Virus record (IMG/VR): IMGVR_UViG_3300031867_000022
Location: 36,633-100,632 of that record
Reading direction: 5' to 3' (one strand)
DNA from: a virus
Lineage: Duplodnaviria > Caudoviricetes
Length of the DNA stretch: 64,000 nt
A model generated the notes under the pieces. That model did no database searches. It had not been told where the DNA came from and saw only the letters and a list, made by a program, of their open reading frames with translations. Numbering within the stretch: the stretch's first letter is position 1; every line of letters starts with the position of its first letter. Made by a program: the position numbers and the translations under genes. This document shows positions 1 through 9,330 of this stretch, one piece after another.

Positions 1-1226
1 GAATGTTGATCCTACGTGTATATTGTAGGAATGTAAGAAAGAGCTGCTGCCTTTTCTCTACTGTTTGCTGTAATAATACCAAGATCTGCAGTAACCTGAT
101 TATCTTGTTCGTCTATCAACTTCCATTGTACAGGTATTGACGTATTTGTCTGAAGACTGTCTGTATAATAGCCCCATTGCAACTGTTGCGGTTCATACTG
201 TGTTGCAGTAAGCATCAATTCGCTAAGTGGGAAGTTTCCATTATTGAACTGTGTAGCAATATTTATAAACTTACCTGTACTACCTACAACACCAGACGCT
301 ACAGTAAACGTATAGAATAACAGATTACTATTTATCGTTACGTTTCCTTCGTTATACTTAGCTTCTGCCCAGATCTATAGAGTATGTGTACCTTCATCGA
401 GGGACGTTAGTATATTCTATATTTCTGTTATTTTAGATGGTCCGTTTTCAATGACATCTTTGCTATACAACTTATTGCCAATCCCATCGTCTACTCTAAA
501 GTAAATCTTTGCTGTACCGAGCACATTGTTACGTTCAAATACATATGGAATTTGAATTGGGCTGTCTGCATATATAGGTTCGTAGAACTTAAACGTACTT
601 GAAAGATTTATCTAAAGAAGCGATATTGTAAACGTCTTTGTGTTTCTAGCGCCTGTAGACGAACCTTTGGCTTCAATTGTAACTACATTTTCGCCAGGCT
701 ATAAGTATTCGTATATACTAAAATTAGGATCTGCGTCAGATCTATTGTACCATCTTGTAAATGCAGTTGAAGCTCCTGATGCACTGTTTACAATAGTATA
801 TGTCACAGACAAACTATCAGAAGACTCTCCTTCATCGTTATAAATGCTCCACTAGAATGCAATTCTGGTACCTGTACTAGATTCGTCACCATAACGTACA
901 AACTTGTTATTAAACCCGTCACTATTTATTGCGACAAGATCAAGTTTGTAGTCACTCGGACGAACGAAATTAAATAACTCAAGGTCGCTGTTGTCAGAAG
1001 GATTTTCTTTCCACAACGCATAAGAATCTTCGCTAGAAAACATTCGATACTTATTAGCGGCTTTATCTTCATACATATAGAATGGAGATTTGAGTTTTTT
1101 CTACAACAGTTCTCTAATAGATCCGCCAGACACCTAAAGGCCGTTTGTTACATTTTTTCCAGTAAACGAGTCTGTGCCGTTTATCCAGTCTACAAACTCG
1201 TTAATTTTTCCTTTATATGTTTGCAT
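1..1226 (-). CDS. Large structural/tail-type protein, partial (runs off window), TAG-recoded
   Basis: ATG at 1226 (MQTYKGKINEFVDW...). ORF fragments 852-1076 and 12-218 are in this frame and each ends in TAG. Beta-rich composition; function inferred from context only. Confidence 0.7.
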
Positions 1227-1236
1227 TGTATTTTAT

Positions 1237-1410
1237 TTAATCGGTCCAAGGTGTATCATCTGTCCATGGGTGTTCGTCCAGCCAGTATCCGTTGTGGTAA
1301 CAAGATTGTATTTCACTAGGCCATACTATATTATTACCTACATATACAGCAATTATTGGTTTTCTATAGAAGATTGCCTAAGGCTCTCTTCCATCTTTAT
1401 ATATACCCAT
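1237..1410 (-). CDS. Small Trp-rich protein (57 aa) preceding tail-type gene, one in-frame TAG
   Basis: Manual translation MGIYKDGREP(TAG)AIFYRKPIIAVYVGNNIVWPSEIQSCYHNGYWLDEHPWTDDTPWTD-TAA; fills the gap between neighbours. Confidence 0.7.
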
Positions 1411-1423
1411 GATTTGATATTAA

Positions 1424-2431
1424 TTAGTTATTACTAGCCCAAGGGCCTTGATTATTTGTTTTAGCCCAGGCAATATATGTTACAATATCACCCCAAGTTA
1501 CGTTCTTTTGAGCTTCTGTACCTTCTATAATATCATAGAAGTCATCAGCCTGTTTTACGTATTTCTTTGCATTTGTAGCAAGTTTTCCGTTTGGAGTATT
1601 ATCGAAGATACCAGTATCATCAGTCTTGCCAGAATCCTACATGGTACGTGTAGCCATGAGGACTTTACCATTCATATTAAAACGATACTCATCCGTAAAC
1701 AAAGAAGACTTCTCAGTATTAAATGTACCGAATTCAAGACCGTCACCACCACCGTGCTCGAACTTAATCTTGTTCATGTTACCATCGCCGTCATAACCCT
1801 TAGGTTGAATAGCTATGCCGCCATGATCTTCGCAACGAAGATCGATTGCATTAGCACGAAGCTTCAAGTAACCATACTGTCCGTTTGATGTAGTAGCTTT
1901 TTTTGCTTTTACACCGGTTTTGATTTCGAGATTTAGAATGTTGGCTTTATCTGCAGTATTATCTTTTCCTTCTGCAGTTCTAGCCTTATTCTTCTCACTA
2001 ATATAAATACCTTTATCTTTAGTAGTAAGAGTAACGTTTGCAGCATTCAGCTGTAGATCTACAGGATATTCGTCAATTTCTGCACTATCGGTAGCAGAAA
2101 CTTCTGCGCCATTAAGAACCTTTACTGAGAGTTCTTCTTGATTACTTCTATGGTGTGAATACAGCGTGATATCGTCACCTGGCTTTACCTGCAAATCACT
2201 AATAGGTTCTATGTTGATTTTGCCTCCTTTGACTTTATCGCCATCCATGTACTGATCTTCTGCAGTAGTTACAACGTTAAGGTTGTGTTTACCTTCAGAA
2301 TCAAAGGACACGTGTGAACCACCTCCGTTTACTTCGTCTACAACTTCGTTCACATACCCAGTAAGACCATTCCAATCAGAAGCACTGAGAGTATCTCCAG
2401 TTGTTTTTTGTATAAATGTTTGTTTTGTCAT
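1424..2431 (-). CDS. Putative virion structural protein (335 aa with TAG read-through)
   Basis: ORF 1637-2431 ends in TAG; the frame stays open to TAA at 1424-1426. Confidence 0.7.
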
Positions 2432-2489
2432 ATTGAATCAATATTGTTGGAAGCATTATACTCCCAGTTATAACAAGTATATATACGCC

Positions 2490-2517
2490 AATAGGGGGCC
2501 TTGATAGGTCCCCTATT
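2490..2517. terminator. Intergenic hairpin, possible terminator
   Basis: AATAGGGGGCC-TTGATA-GGTCCCCTATT inverted repeat between dut and the next gene. Confidence 0.45.
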
Positions 2518-2606
2518 AACTTATTATATAAATATGATTAAATTTTCATGTTAGAGTGAGGTTTTGCCATCCGATGTACGCCACCCCCGAAGCTTTTATT
2601 ACGTAA

Positions 2607-3167
2607 TTATTGAGCTTCCTCAAGACTGTTTGTAGTCTCGCCGCTTGCTTCTGTTGCGGTCTCAGAGTTTGTAGGCTCGCCTTTTGTTTCCGGAAGACTC
2701 TGAGATCCCGTAGCCGCGCTGTATATTGTTTCGTTTCCAGTGGAACCATAACTGCCCTCTCCGCGTTCGGTTTCACTTAAAGTTTCAGATTCTTCAAACT
2801 GTACATCAGGAACTGGGAGAATGAGAATCTGTGCCATCCTTTCACCTTCTTTATATACAGAGGGTATAACATCAGTAGTAGAAACCATCTTTATAGTAAC
2901 CTCTCCTCTATAACCAGCATCTACTGTACCAGGAGCATTACATTGTCTAAGACTCTTCTTACTAATAGATGAACGAGGTACTATAGCTCCGTAATATCCT
3001 TCTGGGATTTCAAGCGCAAGGTCTGTATGATATACTAGAACAAGCTGTCCACACTCGTTAATCTCTGTTGTTATTCGTGTACAAGTTAAGTCAAATCCAG
3101 CATCCGTACTATGTGCTTTAGTAGGTGCGATTGCTTTATCTGAAAGTCTTTTAAATTTAATTACCAT
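2607..3167 (-). CDS. dut: dUTPase (trimeric type)
   Basis: Motifs AGFDL, PRSS, GTVDAGYRGE, RMAQ, RGEGSYGSTG; acidic low-complexity C-terminal tail. Confidence 0.95.
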   Translation of the reverse strand: MVIKFKRLSDKAIAPTKAHSTDAGFDLTCTRITTEINECGQLVLVYHTDLALEIPEGYYGAIVPRSSISKKSLRQCNAPGTVDAGYRGEVTIKMVSTTDVIPSVYKEGERMAQILILPVPDVQFEESETLSETERGEGSYGSTGNETIYSAATGSQSLPETKGEPTNSETATEASGETTNSLEEAQ

Positions 3168-3192
3168 AGTTTATATATAAAGTTAGTAATAG

Positions 3193-3267
3193 TGGTCGCC
3201 CCACCATCGAGTCGAACCCGGACCTGGAGGGTTAGAGCCTCCCGTGCTACCGCTACACCATGGAGCA
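3193..3267 (-). tRNA. Amber suppressor tRNA (anticodon CUA), Gln-like body
   Basis: TGCTCCA-TG-GTGT-AGCGGTA-GCAC-G-GGAGG-CTCTAAC-CCTCC-AGGT-CCGGG-TTCGACT-CGATGG-TGGGGCG-A-CCA. U1 start, encoded CCA, anticodon at 3235-3233, irregular T-stem. Confidence 0.9.
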
Positions 3268-3487
3268 GGTCCTAACCAGGGGAACGATCCCTGCAGTTTT
3301 GATATGCTGTGCCAACAGAAAGGACTCCAATCAACATTTTAACATTTTATGAAACACGTGGAATCGCAGGACCACGTAACCTGTATTGGCGCTCGTTCGC
3401 TGCTTGTTAGTTAGTCTTACGACCTTTCGCATACTATCCGCATTTCAGCGGCCATACGAGCCCTGAGCATTTGCTCCCGATGTTATT

Positions 3488-3874
3488 TCACTTCTTCTTG
3501 CAGAAAGGTTTCTTAATCCAATTCCACAAGCGCTTGTACCAAGGTTGTTTCTTTTGTGTAGCCTTTACAAGAACGTCAAGCAGATCTTTTGCAACTTTTT
3601 CGTCTTCTATTGTAGTTACATGACACTTTTCAAAAAGCTCAATATAATTATCAATAACTTCCATTGTAAGAACTGCACCGAACTTTACAAGCATCTTAGC
3701 CTCTTCTGTATCAATAACCATACCTGCACGTACCTTAGCAAGAATATACTCTACATATACATCCTCAGGACGCTCAATATTAGTATAGTCAACAATAAAC
3801 TTAGGCTCTTTCTTTGTTTTCTTTGTAGTCTTCATAATTCTATATTTATTTCTGATTACGCTGCACATTTGCAT
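3488..3874 (-). CDS. Hypothetical protein with amphipathic basic/Trp C-terminus (true start possibly the internal MKTTKK)
   Basis: Tightly packed in the minus-strand operon. Confidence 0.7.
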   Translation of the reverse strand: MQMCSVIRNKYRIMKTTKKTKKEPKFIVDYTNIERPEDVYVEYILAKVRAGMVIDTEEAKMLVKFGAVLTMEVIDNYIELFEKCHVTTIEDEKVAKDLLDVLVKATQKKQPWYKRLWNWIKKPFCKKK

Positions 3875-4233
3875 TCGTCACAACAATCGCAACAGGGAGT
3901 TTCTCCCTCAGCCTGTTTGGCTGCCCACTCTTCTTTTGCTTTCTGCTCCATCTTCTGTCGGTTCTTGATATTATCCACCCAAGCCTTACATTTTACAGAT
4001 GTCAGAATATGCTTAGCGAACTTATTATCATAGAACACAAATACAAGATCTCCTTTCTTAGCATCAATTTCTTCATGCTTCTCACCGTACTCGTATACGA
4101 CATGCATCGGCTCTTCCATATAAAAGACCTGACGAATATCATAACGATCTACATTATCGAGTCGTGTTACTTCATTGGTCTCTGTGTCTACCGCAATGTT
4201 TGTACTACTAGCTGTTAAATATAAAGTCTTCAT
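3856..4233 (-). CDS. Hypothetical protein, Cys-rich C-terminus ending -AA
   Basis: ORF track; ATGA overlap with the upstream gene. Confidence 0.75.
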   Translation of the reverse strand: MKTLYLTASSTNIAVDTETNEVTRLDNVDRYDIRQVFYMEEPMHVVYEYGEKHEEIDAKKGDLVFVFYDNKFAKHILTSVKCKAWVDNIKNRQKMEQKAKEEWAAKQAEGETPCCDCCDECKCAA

Positions 4234-4445
4234 TTTGAACTGTATTCTTTAGATTTGTTTTCTTTGTATCTACGTTTAAGCTTAAACTTGAAGAGTTGAT
4301 TGAATAGTATATCTCTCGTATCTTCTTCATTTTTCATCTGATCAACAACGCATTTGAATGGATGTTTGCACACCGTAGCAACCAGATCTTTATCTAAGTC
4401 TAAACGCTTTGAAACTTCTTTTATTACTTTGTCTAATTCAATCAT
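4230..4445 (-). CDS. HU/IHF-like DNA-binding protein
   Basis: 71 aa; helix-helix N-terminus (DKVIKEVSKRLDLDKDLV) followed by basic LFKFKLKRR strand, as in the HU fold. Confidence 0.55.
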   Translation of the reverse strand: MIELDKVIKEVSKRLDLDKDLVATVCKHPFKCVVDQMKNEEDTRDILFNQLFKFKLKRRYKENKSKEYSSK

Positions 4446-4852
4446 GCCTCCATACCGAGGATATCGTATAAACGAAGCAATCTGCTATCTTTAAGTAGAT
4501 CGAATTGAAGTCCTGCAGCATCTCTAAAGATTACAACATCTCCAACTCTAATTTCAGAGCTTGTACCAATTACATCACTACCGTTGTAGTAGAGTGGTCG
4601 TTTGAGGACTACGCCTCTGCGATAATCAGAATTAACTTCCTTTACCTCTGTTTCAACGTTGTCAAAGTCTTGTGCTTCAACACCATTTGCATCTTTTACG
4701 GGTGTACCAGTTGAAACAGGTTTACTAAACTCTTTAGTTACTTTGATCGGATCCAAGGGCTTTACGAGGAAAAAGTCAAGAAAATCATATTTGATCTTCG
4801 AGGCGACATCCTCAGCAAGTACTGATTGATCAATTGTCTCTTTATCTTCCAT
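4442..4852 (-). CDS. GroES-like co-chaperonin
   Basis: FFLVKP...RGVVLK...IRVGDVVIF...LLRLYDILG follows the GroES strand pattern, with a long mobile loop. Confidence 0.55.
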   Translation of the reverse strand: MEDKETIDQSVLAEDVASKIKYDFLDFFLVKPLDPIKVTKEFSKPVSTGTPVKDANGVEAQDFDNVETEVKEVNSDYRRGVVLKRPLYYNGSDVIGTSSEIRVGDVVIFRDAAGLQFDLLKDSRLLRLYDILGMEA

Positions 4853-4853
4853 A

Positions 4854-5270
4854 TTACTTCTTCAGGCTTTTGAGATGATTAAGCACCTTTACAAGATTGT
4901 TGAGTACTGTTGTGCGCTCAACCTTCAAGCATTCAGGAGCAGTTGACATATCTTCATCAATGTTATTGAGTTCATCTGTATACTTGTTATACAGTCTATC
5001 AATCTCATCAAAAACATTTACGAAGTTCTTAGACTTTGAACTTTCTGTGACTTCCTCAAGGTATCCCTCTTTAATGAGCTCCTTGGCATAGTCTTCAGAG
5101 ATTGAGAAGTTTGAGTTGTAAGTAGAACGAAGCTCACTGTCAGCATCGTCTGTCTTATGAAACTCCTCATTGTGTTCAAAAACATACATCTGTGTATCGT
5201 TATTGTACTCAAAAGTATCACCAATTTCCATAAACAGGAAAGAATCAGTTACACGTAATGTCTTTGCCAT
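4854..5270 (-). CDS. Hypothetical protein, first gene of leftward late operon
   Basis: 138-aa ORF just downstream of the promoter at 5302-5330. Confidence 0.8.
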   Translation of the reverse strand: MAKTLRVTDSFLFMEIGDTFEYNNDTQMYVFEHNEEFHKTDDADSELRSTYNSNFSISEDYAKELIKEGYLEEVTESSKSKNFVNVFDEIDRLYNKYTDELNNIDEDMSTAPECLKVERTTVLNNLVKVLNHLKSLKK

Positions 5271-5301
5271 TTGTTTAATTTTTATCGTTAATTTGCTGCA
5301 C

Positions 5302-5330
5302 TAACGTAGCAAAGTTGAATTTTGGTTGCA
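5302..5330 (-). promoter_or_regulatory. ECF-sigma-type promoter (leftward)
   Basis: Minus strand TGCAAC-N17-ACGTTA; same motif at 5354 and 36464. Confidence 0.7.
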
Positions 5331-5353
5331 AAAATAATAAAATTTTTTAAAAA

Positions 5354-5381
5354 TGCAACTTTTGTGCTGTTTTTCACGTTA
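5354..5381 (+). promoter_or_regulatory. ECF-sigma-type promoter (rightward)
   Basis: TGCAAC-N16-ACGTTA, back-to-back with the leftward copy. Confidence 0.7.
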
Positions 5382-5394
5382 TGTGACTGTACTT

Positions 5395-5430
5395 GGGGGA
5401 AGAAGGGGGACTATAGGGGGTTATTAGGGG
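5395..5430 (+). other. G-run tract (G-quadruplex-capable)
   Basis: GGGGG-AAGAA-GGGGG-ACTATA-GGGGG-TTATTA-GGGG in an AT-rich background. Confidence 0.5.
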
Positions 5431-5531
5431 CCTAGATAATGTTCTAACTATATTATAAATATAATATATACTGGCCCTTTCTCTTTGGTACTTTCTCTTT
5501 CCCCAGTAAATATTAACGTAATATTAGCTAA

Positions 5532-5948
5532 ATGAAGAATAAAAAGAAAGCTAGAATAGATACATACAGCACTATCTACGACATGGATGTAGTAGTAGCT
5601 AACGAATTAGTTACTTTAAAGAAACTTAGAGAGCTGTTTGAATATACAGATGGTAAAGAATTAGAAGATCTCTATACTGAATGGGATGTTGTCACAGCTC
5701 TTCTAAAACGCAAATCTGATGGAGCTTATACTGTACTTGTAAAATTCAATAAGATTTCTGACAGTTTTGTTTCAAGCGGAGACAAGCTGTTAGATATGAT
5801 TGATATATGCTCTCATGAAGCTACTCATGTGGCATTGGATATATACAATAATGTATCAGCTAAAGTAGATACAGAAAACCAAGAGAATTTTGCCTACTTT
5901 GTAGCATATATTGCAGAAAGAATAGCTAAAACACTATTAAACAAATGA
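5532..5948 (+). CDS. Zincin-like (HExxH) putative metallopeptidase
   Basis: CSHEATHVALD followed by ENFAY (third-ligand-like Glu). Confidence 0.6.
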   Translation: MKNKKKARIDTYSTIYDMDVVVANELVTLKKLRELFEYTDGKELEDLYTEWDVVTALLKRKSDGAYTVLVKFNKISDSFVSSGDKLLDMIDICSHEATHVALDIYNNVSAKVDTENQENFAYFVAYIAERIAKTLLNK

Positions 5949-6469
5949 ATGAAATAGAACATAATGCCATACTATTTTACGCAGACTTTTTAAGCTTGCA
6001 GCGTGAAAATCATCCAGTTACTGATAACTGTAAGTACTTCTTTATTCACGGATTTCCTATAAACAGTGCATATATAGTAGACATGGAGCCAGAATACGAT
6101 ATAAACGATAAGTATATAGAGTAGGCTTCATAGGAATTTCAAGCTATAAAAGATAAGTATGATGAAGATGCAGCAATGACATTTATAGATGATATATGTA
6201 GCATAAGAGCGTGTGGTAGTGTTGATGCTGAGAGAATGCTGAAATGTATACATCAATTTAGCAATAGATACGAAAAGAAATAGGCAATGAATGCCTACTA
6301 TAATTGGAAAAAACAATAGTTTTACTCTCATATAACATTTGATGAAAATGGAGACCCCCAAACAAAACAATGCACAAGATACGTCAAACACGCTGAAACG
6401 AGCCTTGCAAAACGAAAACTACATCAAGGCTATGAAAGTGATGATCCAAGCACACAAGAATGCTATTAA
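5945..6469 (+). CDS. Hypothetical protein (174 aa), four in-frame TAG; missed by ORF track
   Basis: ATGA overlap with the upstream gene; MNEIEHNAILFYADFLSLQ... stays open to TAA 6467-6469 with only TAG interruptions. Confidence 0.8.
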
Positions 6470-6568
6470 AAACGGACTTTATTCTACTGATTATGAGTGA
6501 GTTACATGAAATTGAGCCTTACAACGACGATGACGAAGTAAAGCATACAGACGACGATTATAACAACT

Positions 6569-7054
6569 ATGAGTAAATTTAGTAATATATACGATATTGA
6601 CGGTAATATTATCCGTAGAGCAGACCAAGGTCCGTTCACATTAGAAGAGACTGAGAAATTAGTAGACGAACTAACTAAGAAAGTACAAGAAAACCCTGAC
6701 AATAAAGTATATAAAGTATACTTAAATAACGCCCAAAAGTGGCTTTTTAAGCTTTATAATGAGATGAGTAGGGAGGAATTGATGAATAGAATGTCATTTG
6801 TACAGAATAGTATAGACGAAGCTAAATCTGAAGCCTCAGAAGCTGAACAAAAGCAGCTAGAAGAGATTAACAATATAATGGAGGAGTTTAAGAAACAGTA
6901 TGACAACGAGCCCGAAAATACCCCCACAGAGACCGAAGAAGGATCTGGAGGAAGAGGAGAGGATCCTGAACGAGTGGAACACGATATGGATCAACCTGAT
7001 GCATCCAAACCAGTGGTGATGGACGAATATGTCGACTTTGAAGAAGTAAAATGA
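6569..7054 (+). CDS. Hypothetical acidic protein
   Basis: 161-aa ORF; ATGA overlap with the amidase gene. Confidence 0.8.
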   Translation: MSKFSNIYDIDGNIIRRADQGPFTLEETEKLVDELTKKVQENPDNKVYKVYLNNAQKWLFKLYNEMSREELMNRMSFVQNSIDEAKSEASEAEQKQLEEINNIMEEFKKQYDNEPENTPTETEEGSGGRGEDPERVEHDMDQPDASKPVVMDEYVDFEEVK

Positions 7055-7575
7055 GACAAATAAAACGAATATTCATACATTGTACTGCAGGTAATCAAAA
7101 GTAGACTAAAAATGACCTATTACGAGAGTTCAAAGCTAGAGGATGGAGCGCTCCGGGCTATCACTATGTCGTATTCCCGGATGGTAGAGTGGATTCACTC
7201 CTTGCCGAAGACAAGGTCTCTAACGGAGTCCAAGGGTATAATTCCACAAGTATCAACATTGCCTATGTTGGGGGAGTCGACAGTAAGCTTAAACCTATCG
7301 ATAACCGTACACAAGCACAAAAAGACTCACTCTTAGACCTCTTAATATACTTAAAACAACAGTATCCTAGTGCCCATATAATGGGGCACAGGGATATCTG
7401 GGGTAAAAACCCTAAAAATTGGAAGAAATGGTGTCCTTGCTTTGATGCAGAAGCTGAATATGCCAATATAGACCAGCTTATAAAGGCTTCTAAAGCTGAA
7501 AAAGCCCCAAAACCCATAGATCTTACTAGACCTGACAGACTAGAAAATATAAGAAAATTAGCCCCATGGAATTAG
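7051..7575 (+). CDS. N-acetylmuramoyl-L-alanine amidase endolysin (T7 lysozyme-like), one in-frame TAG
   Basis: MRQIKRIFIHCTAGNQK(TAG 7102-7104)TK...GYHYVV...IAYVGG...GHRD...KWCPCFD: Amidase_2 zinc ligands. The first His lies upstream of the TAG. Confidence 0.9.
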
Positions 7576-7751
7576 AAGAACTAAAAAACTACCTTTATGT
7601 ATCTATTATATCTGCAGATAATGAAGAATTTACAGAAGAACAAAAACAAGAGGTAATTAGTAGATACGAATTAACTAAAGATGACCCAGATTGGAGGTTT
7701 ATACTAGAACCTGTAGATGAAACTGGGAGATTAGCAGAGTTATTTATATGA
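7566..7751 (+). CDS. Hypothetical protein
   Basis: Overlapping operon gene. Confidence 0.65.
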   Translation: MELEELKNYLYVSIISADNEEFTEEQKQEVISRYELTKDDPDWRFILEPVDETGRLAELFI

Positions 7752-8116
7752 AAGAAACAGAAGCAACAGATCAGTATTTAGAATTCTTAAGTAAAGCTAT
7801 AGATAGAGTTCAAAAGAGCGACTCTAAATCGCTTATGAATATAATGGGAAAGTATGTCTTAGTAGACAAATATGAATACAAATCATTAATCGAAAAGGCA
7901 GATAGATACGATTATAAATGTATGGAAATAAAGTCCAAAATAGAAAACGACTATCACGAACATATTCAATGTCTAGAGGATTCTATACACGAGCAAAAGC
8001 ATAACTTTGACCAATTATCTAAGGATTACTATAAATTAGAAGATAAATATAAGAAGTTGGAAAAGGAATTCGCCGCTTATAAAAATAGAGGGTTTTTTAA
8101 ACGTTTATTTGGATGA
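7748..8116 (+). CDS. Coiled-coil protein with C-terminal amphipathic helix (RGFFKRLFG)
   Basis: Heptad-rich; the C-terminus resembles a MinD-type membrane-targeting sequence. Confidence 0.75.
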   Translation: MKETEATDQYLEFLSKAIDRVQKSDSKSLMNIMGKYVLVDKYEYKSLIEKADRYDYKCMEIKSKIENDYHEHIQCLEDSIHEQKHNFDQLSKDYYKLEDKYKKLEKEFAAYKNRGFFKRLFG

Positions 8117-8340
8117 TGAAAGAAACAGCTTTAAACGCGCAGATCGGTGGTTCACATTATAAAGATATGGTTATACAGCCCGTAGAATTTATAGAGAGGA
8201 ACAACCTAGGATTCTGTGTAGGAAATGTAATAAAATATGTATGTCGATATAAGAGTAAGAACGGCATAGAAGACTTATAGAAGGCTAAACACTATCTAGA
8301 AATACTGATAGATATGGAGAGTAATAAGGAGGGGTCCTAA
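8113..8340 (+). CDS. DUF3310 / T7 gp1.7-like nucleotide kinase domain, one in-frame TAG
   Basis: QIGGSHYK...GFCVGNVIKYVCRYKSKNGIEDL(TAG 8278-8280)KAKHYLE; the TAG falls inside the conserved EDLxKA motif. Confidence 0.85.
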
Positions 8341-8360
8341 CAAGGGCTCCTCTTTTTTTT
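8326..8360 (+). terminator. Rho-independent terminator
   Basis: GGAGGGGTCC-TAACAA-GGGCTCCTC followed by a long T run. Confidence 0.8.
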
Positions 8361-8459
8361 ATTTTTTAAAATTTTTTATTTTGTGCATGCAGAGAGATGA
8401 AACACCACACCACACACCCCCACACCCAACACAAAAAGGAAACCACCCCCACCCCTTTG

Positions 8460-8504
8460 TCGAATAAGCCTTCTACTACCGAATGCAATATTGCACAACT
8501 TAAA
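8460..8504 (+). promoter_or_regulatory. Repeated early-region leader motif, copy 1 (putative phage RNAP promoter)
   Basis: TCGAATAAGCCTTCTACTACCGAATGCAATATTGCACAACTTAAA; similar copies at 8893 and 9331, core also at 8731. Confidence 0.55.
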
Positions 8505-8515
8505 ATGTTATAACA

Positions 8516-8710
8516 ATGAAAGAGATTATCACATGGCAAGCCTCCGTCAAGGTGAATGGCGTTTGGCACACAACTGAACCCAAGTCCGACTTAGCAGAAG
8601 TTACCAAGCTCGTAGAGCAAATGGTAACAAAACTGTCGTACAAGTACCTCGCGGTAACCTACGTTCGCAACGTAGCTATCGTGGAAGACAAAACAGTTGA
8701 GGCCAAGTAG
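8516..8710 (+). CDS. Hypothetical early protein
   Basis: 64-aa ORF after the repeat motif; ends TAG inside a hairpin. Confidence 0.7.
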   Translation: MKEIITWQASVKVNGVWHTTEPKSDLAEVTKLVEQMVTKLSYKYLAVTYVRNVAIVEDKTVEAK

Positions 8711-8892
8711 GCCTCTTCTTGTTGTTTGGTTCGAATAAGGCGCGAGGTACATAGACTGTGTGATATCTCTTTTAGTGTGAGTACACCCTATATAAGAAGC
8801 ATAAGTGTAATTGCGTAAAGCCTGAGAACCGCTCGAAGATGATTACAGTAGGCCAGTACCAGGAGGGGGTGTAACTCACACAAGTTGTGCTA

Positions 8893-8937
8893 TCGAATAT
8901 TCCTTCTCCTGTCCATTGCAATATTGCACAACTTAAA
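8893..8937 (+). promoter_or_regulatory. Repeated early-region leader motif, copy 2
   Basis: TCGAATATTCCTTCTCCTGTCCATTGCAATATTGCACAACTTAAA. Confidence 0.55.
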
Positions 8938-8948
8938 CGTTTTTAATT

Positions 8949-9296
8949 ATGAAAGTACAAAATGTTGAGAAGGAATGCGTGGCAAAGACAGGCATTTCAG
9001 TTGAGTTCAGTAACAGTGAGATTGACAGTATTACTCGTCTAGTGCTGCGGTTAGACAACGCAATAGAGGACAAGTGCCGAGAAGCACACACCTTCGTTGA
9101 AGCATCTGAAACCGGAGAAAAATACGAAGAGACTGACAAAATCCCTGTTGTGATTAGCCTCAAAGAAGCAATTCGTATTTCTTGGTTACTTGATGCCATT
9201 ACTATGAGCAGAGCACGCAAGCCAAGCGACTTGTTCAACCAAGCAGATACAGATTATCTGGCCAAAATCGACGAAATCAACAAGGTAGGGGAGTAA
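8949..9296 (+). CDS. Hypothetical early protein
   Basis: 115-aa ORF between the leader motif and a terminator. Confidence 0.75.
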   Translation: MKVQNVEKECVAKTGISVEFSNSEIDSITRLVLRLDNAIEDKCREAHTFVEASETGEKYEETDKIPVVISLKEAIRISWLLDAITMSRARKPSDLFNQADTDYLAKIDEINKVGE

Positions 9297-9310
9297 TCCC
9301 CTACCTTTCT
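9282..9310 (+). terminator. Terminator-like hairpin
   Basis: AAGGTAGGGGA-GTAA-TCCCCTACCTT, then TCTT. Confidence 0.7.
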
Positions 9311-9330
9311 TACTTCAAATAAGGCGGAAA

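Noticed and set aside
1174-1888. Plus-strand ORFs 1174-1437 and 1448-1888
   Set aside because: Shadows of minus-strand recoded genes.
3100-3192. HDV-like (theta) ribozyme at the 3' end of the suppressor tRNA
   Set aside because: The trailer is a short AT-rich spacer running straight into dut, and CCA is encoded.
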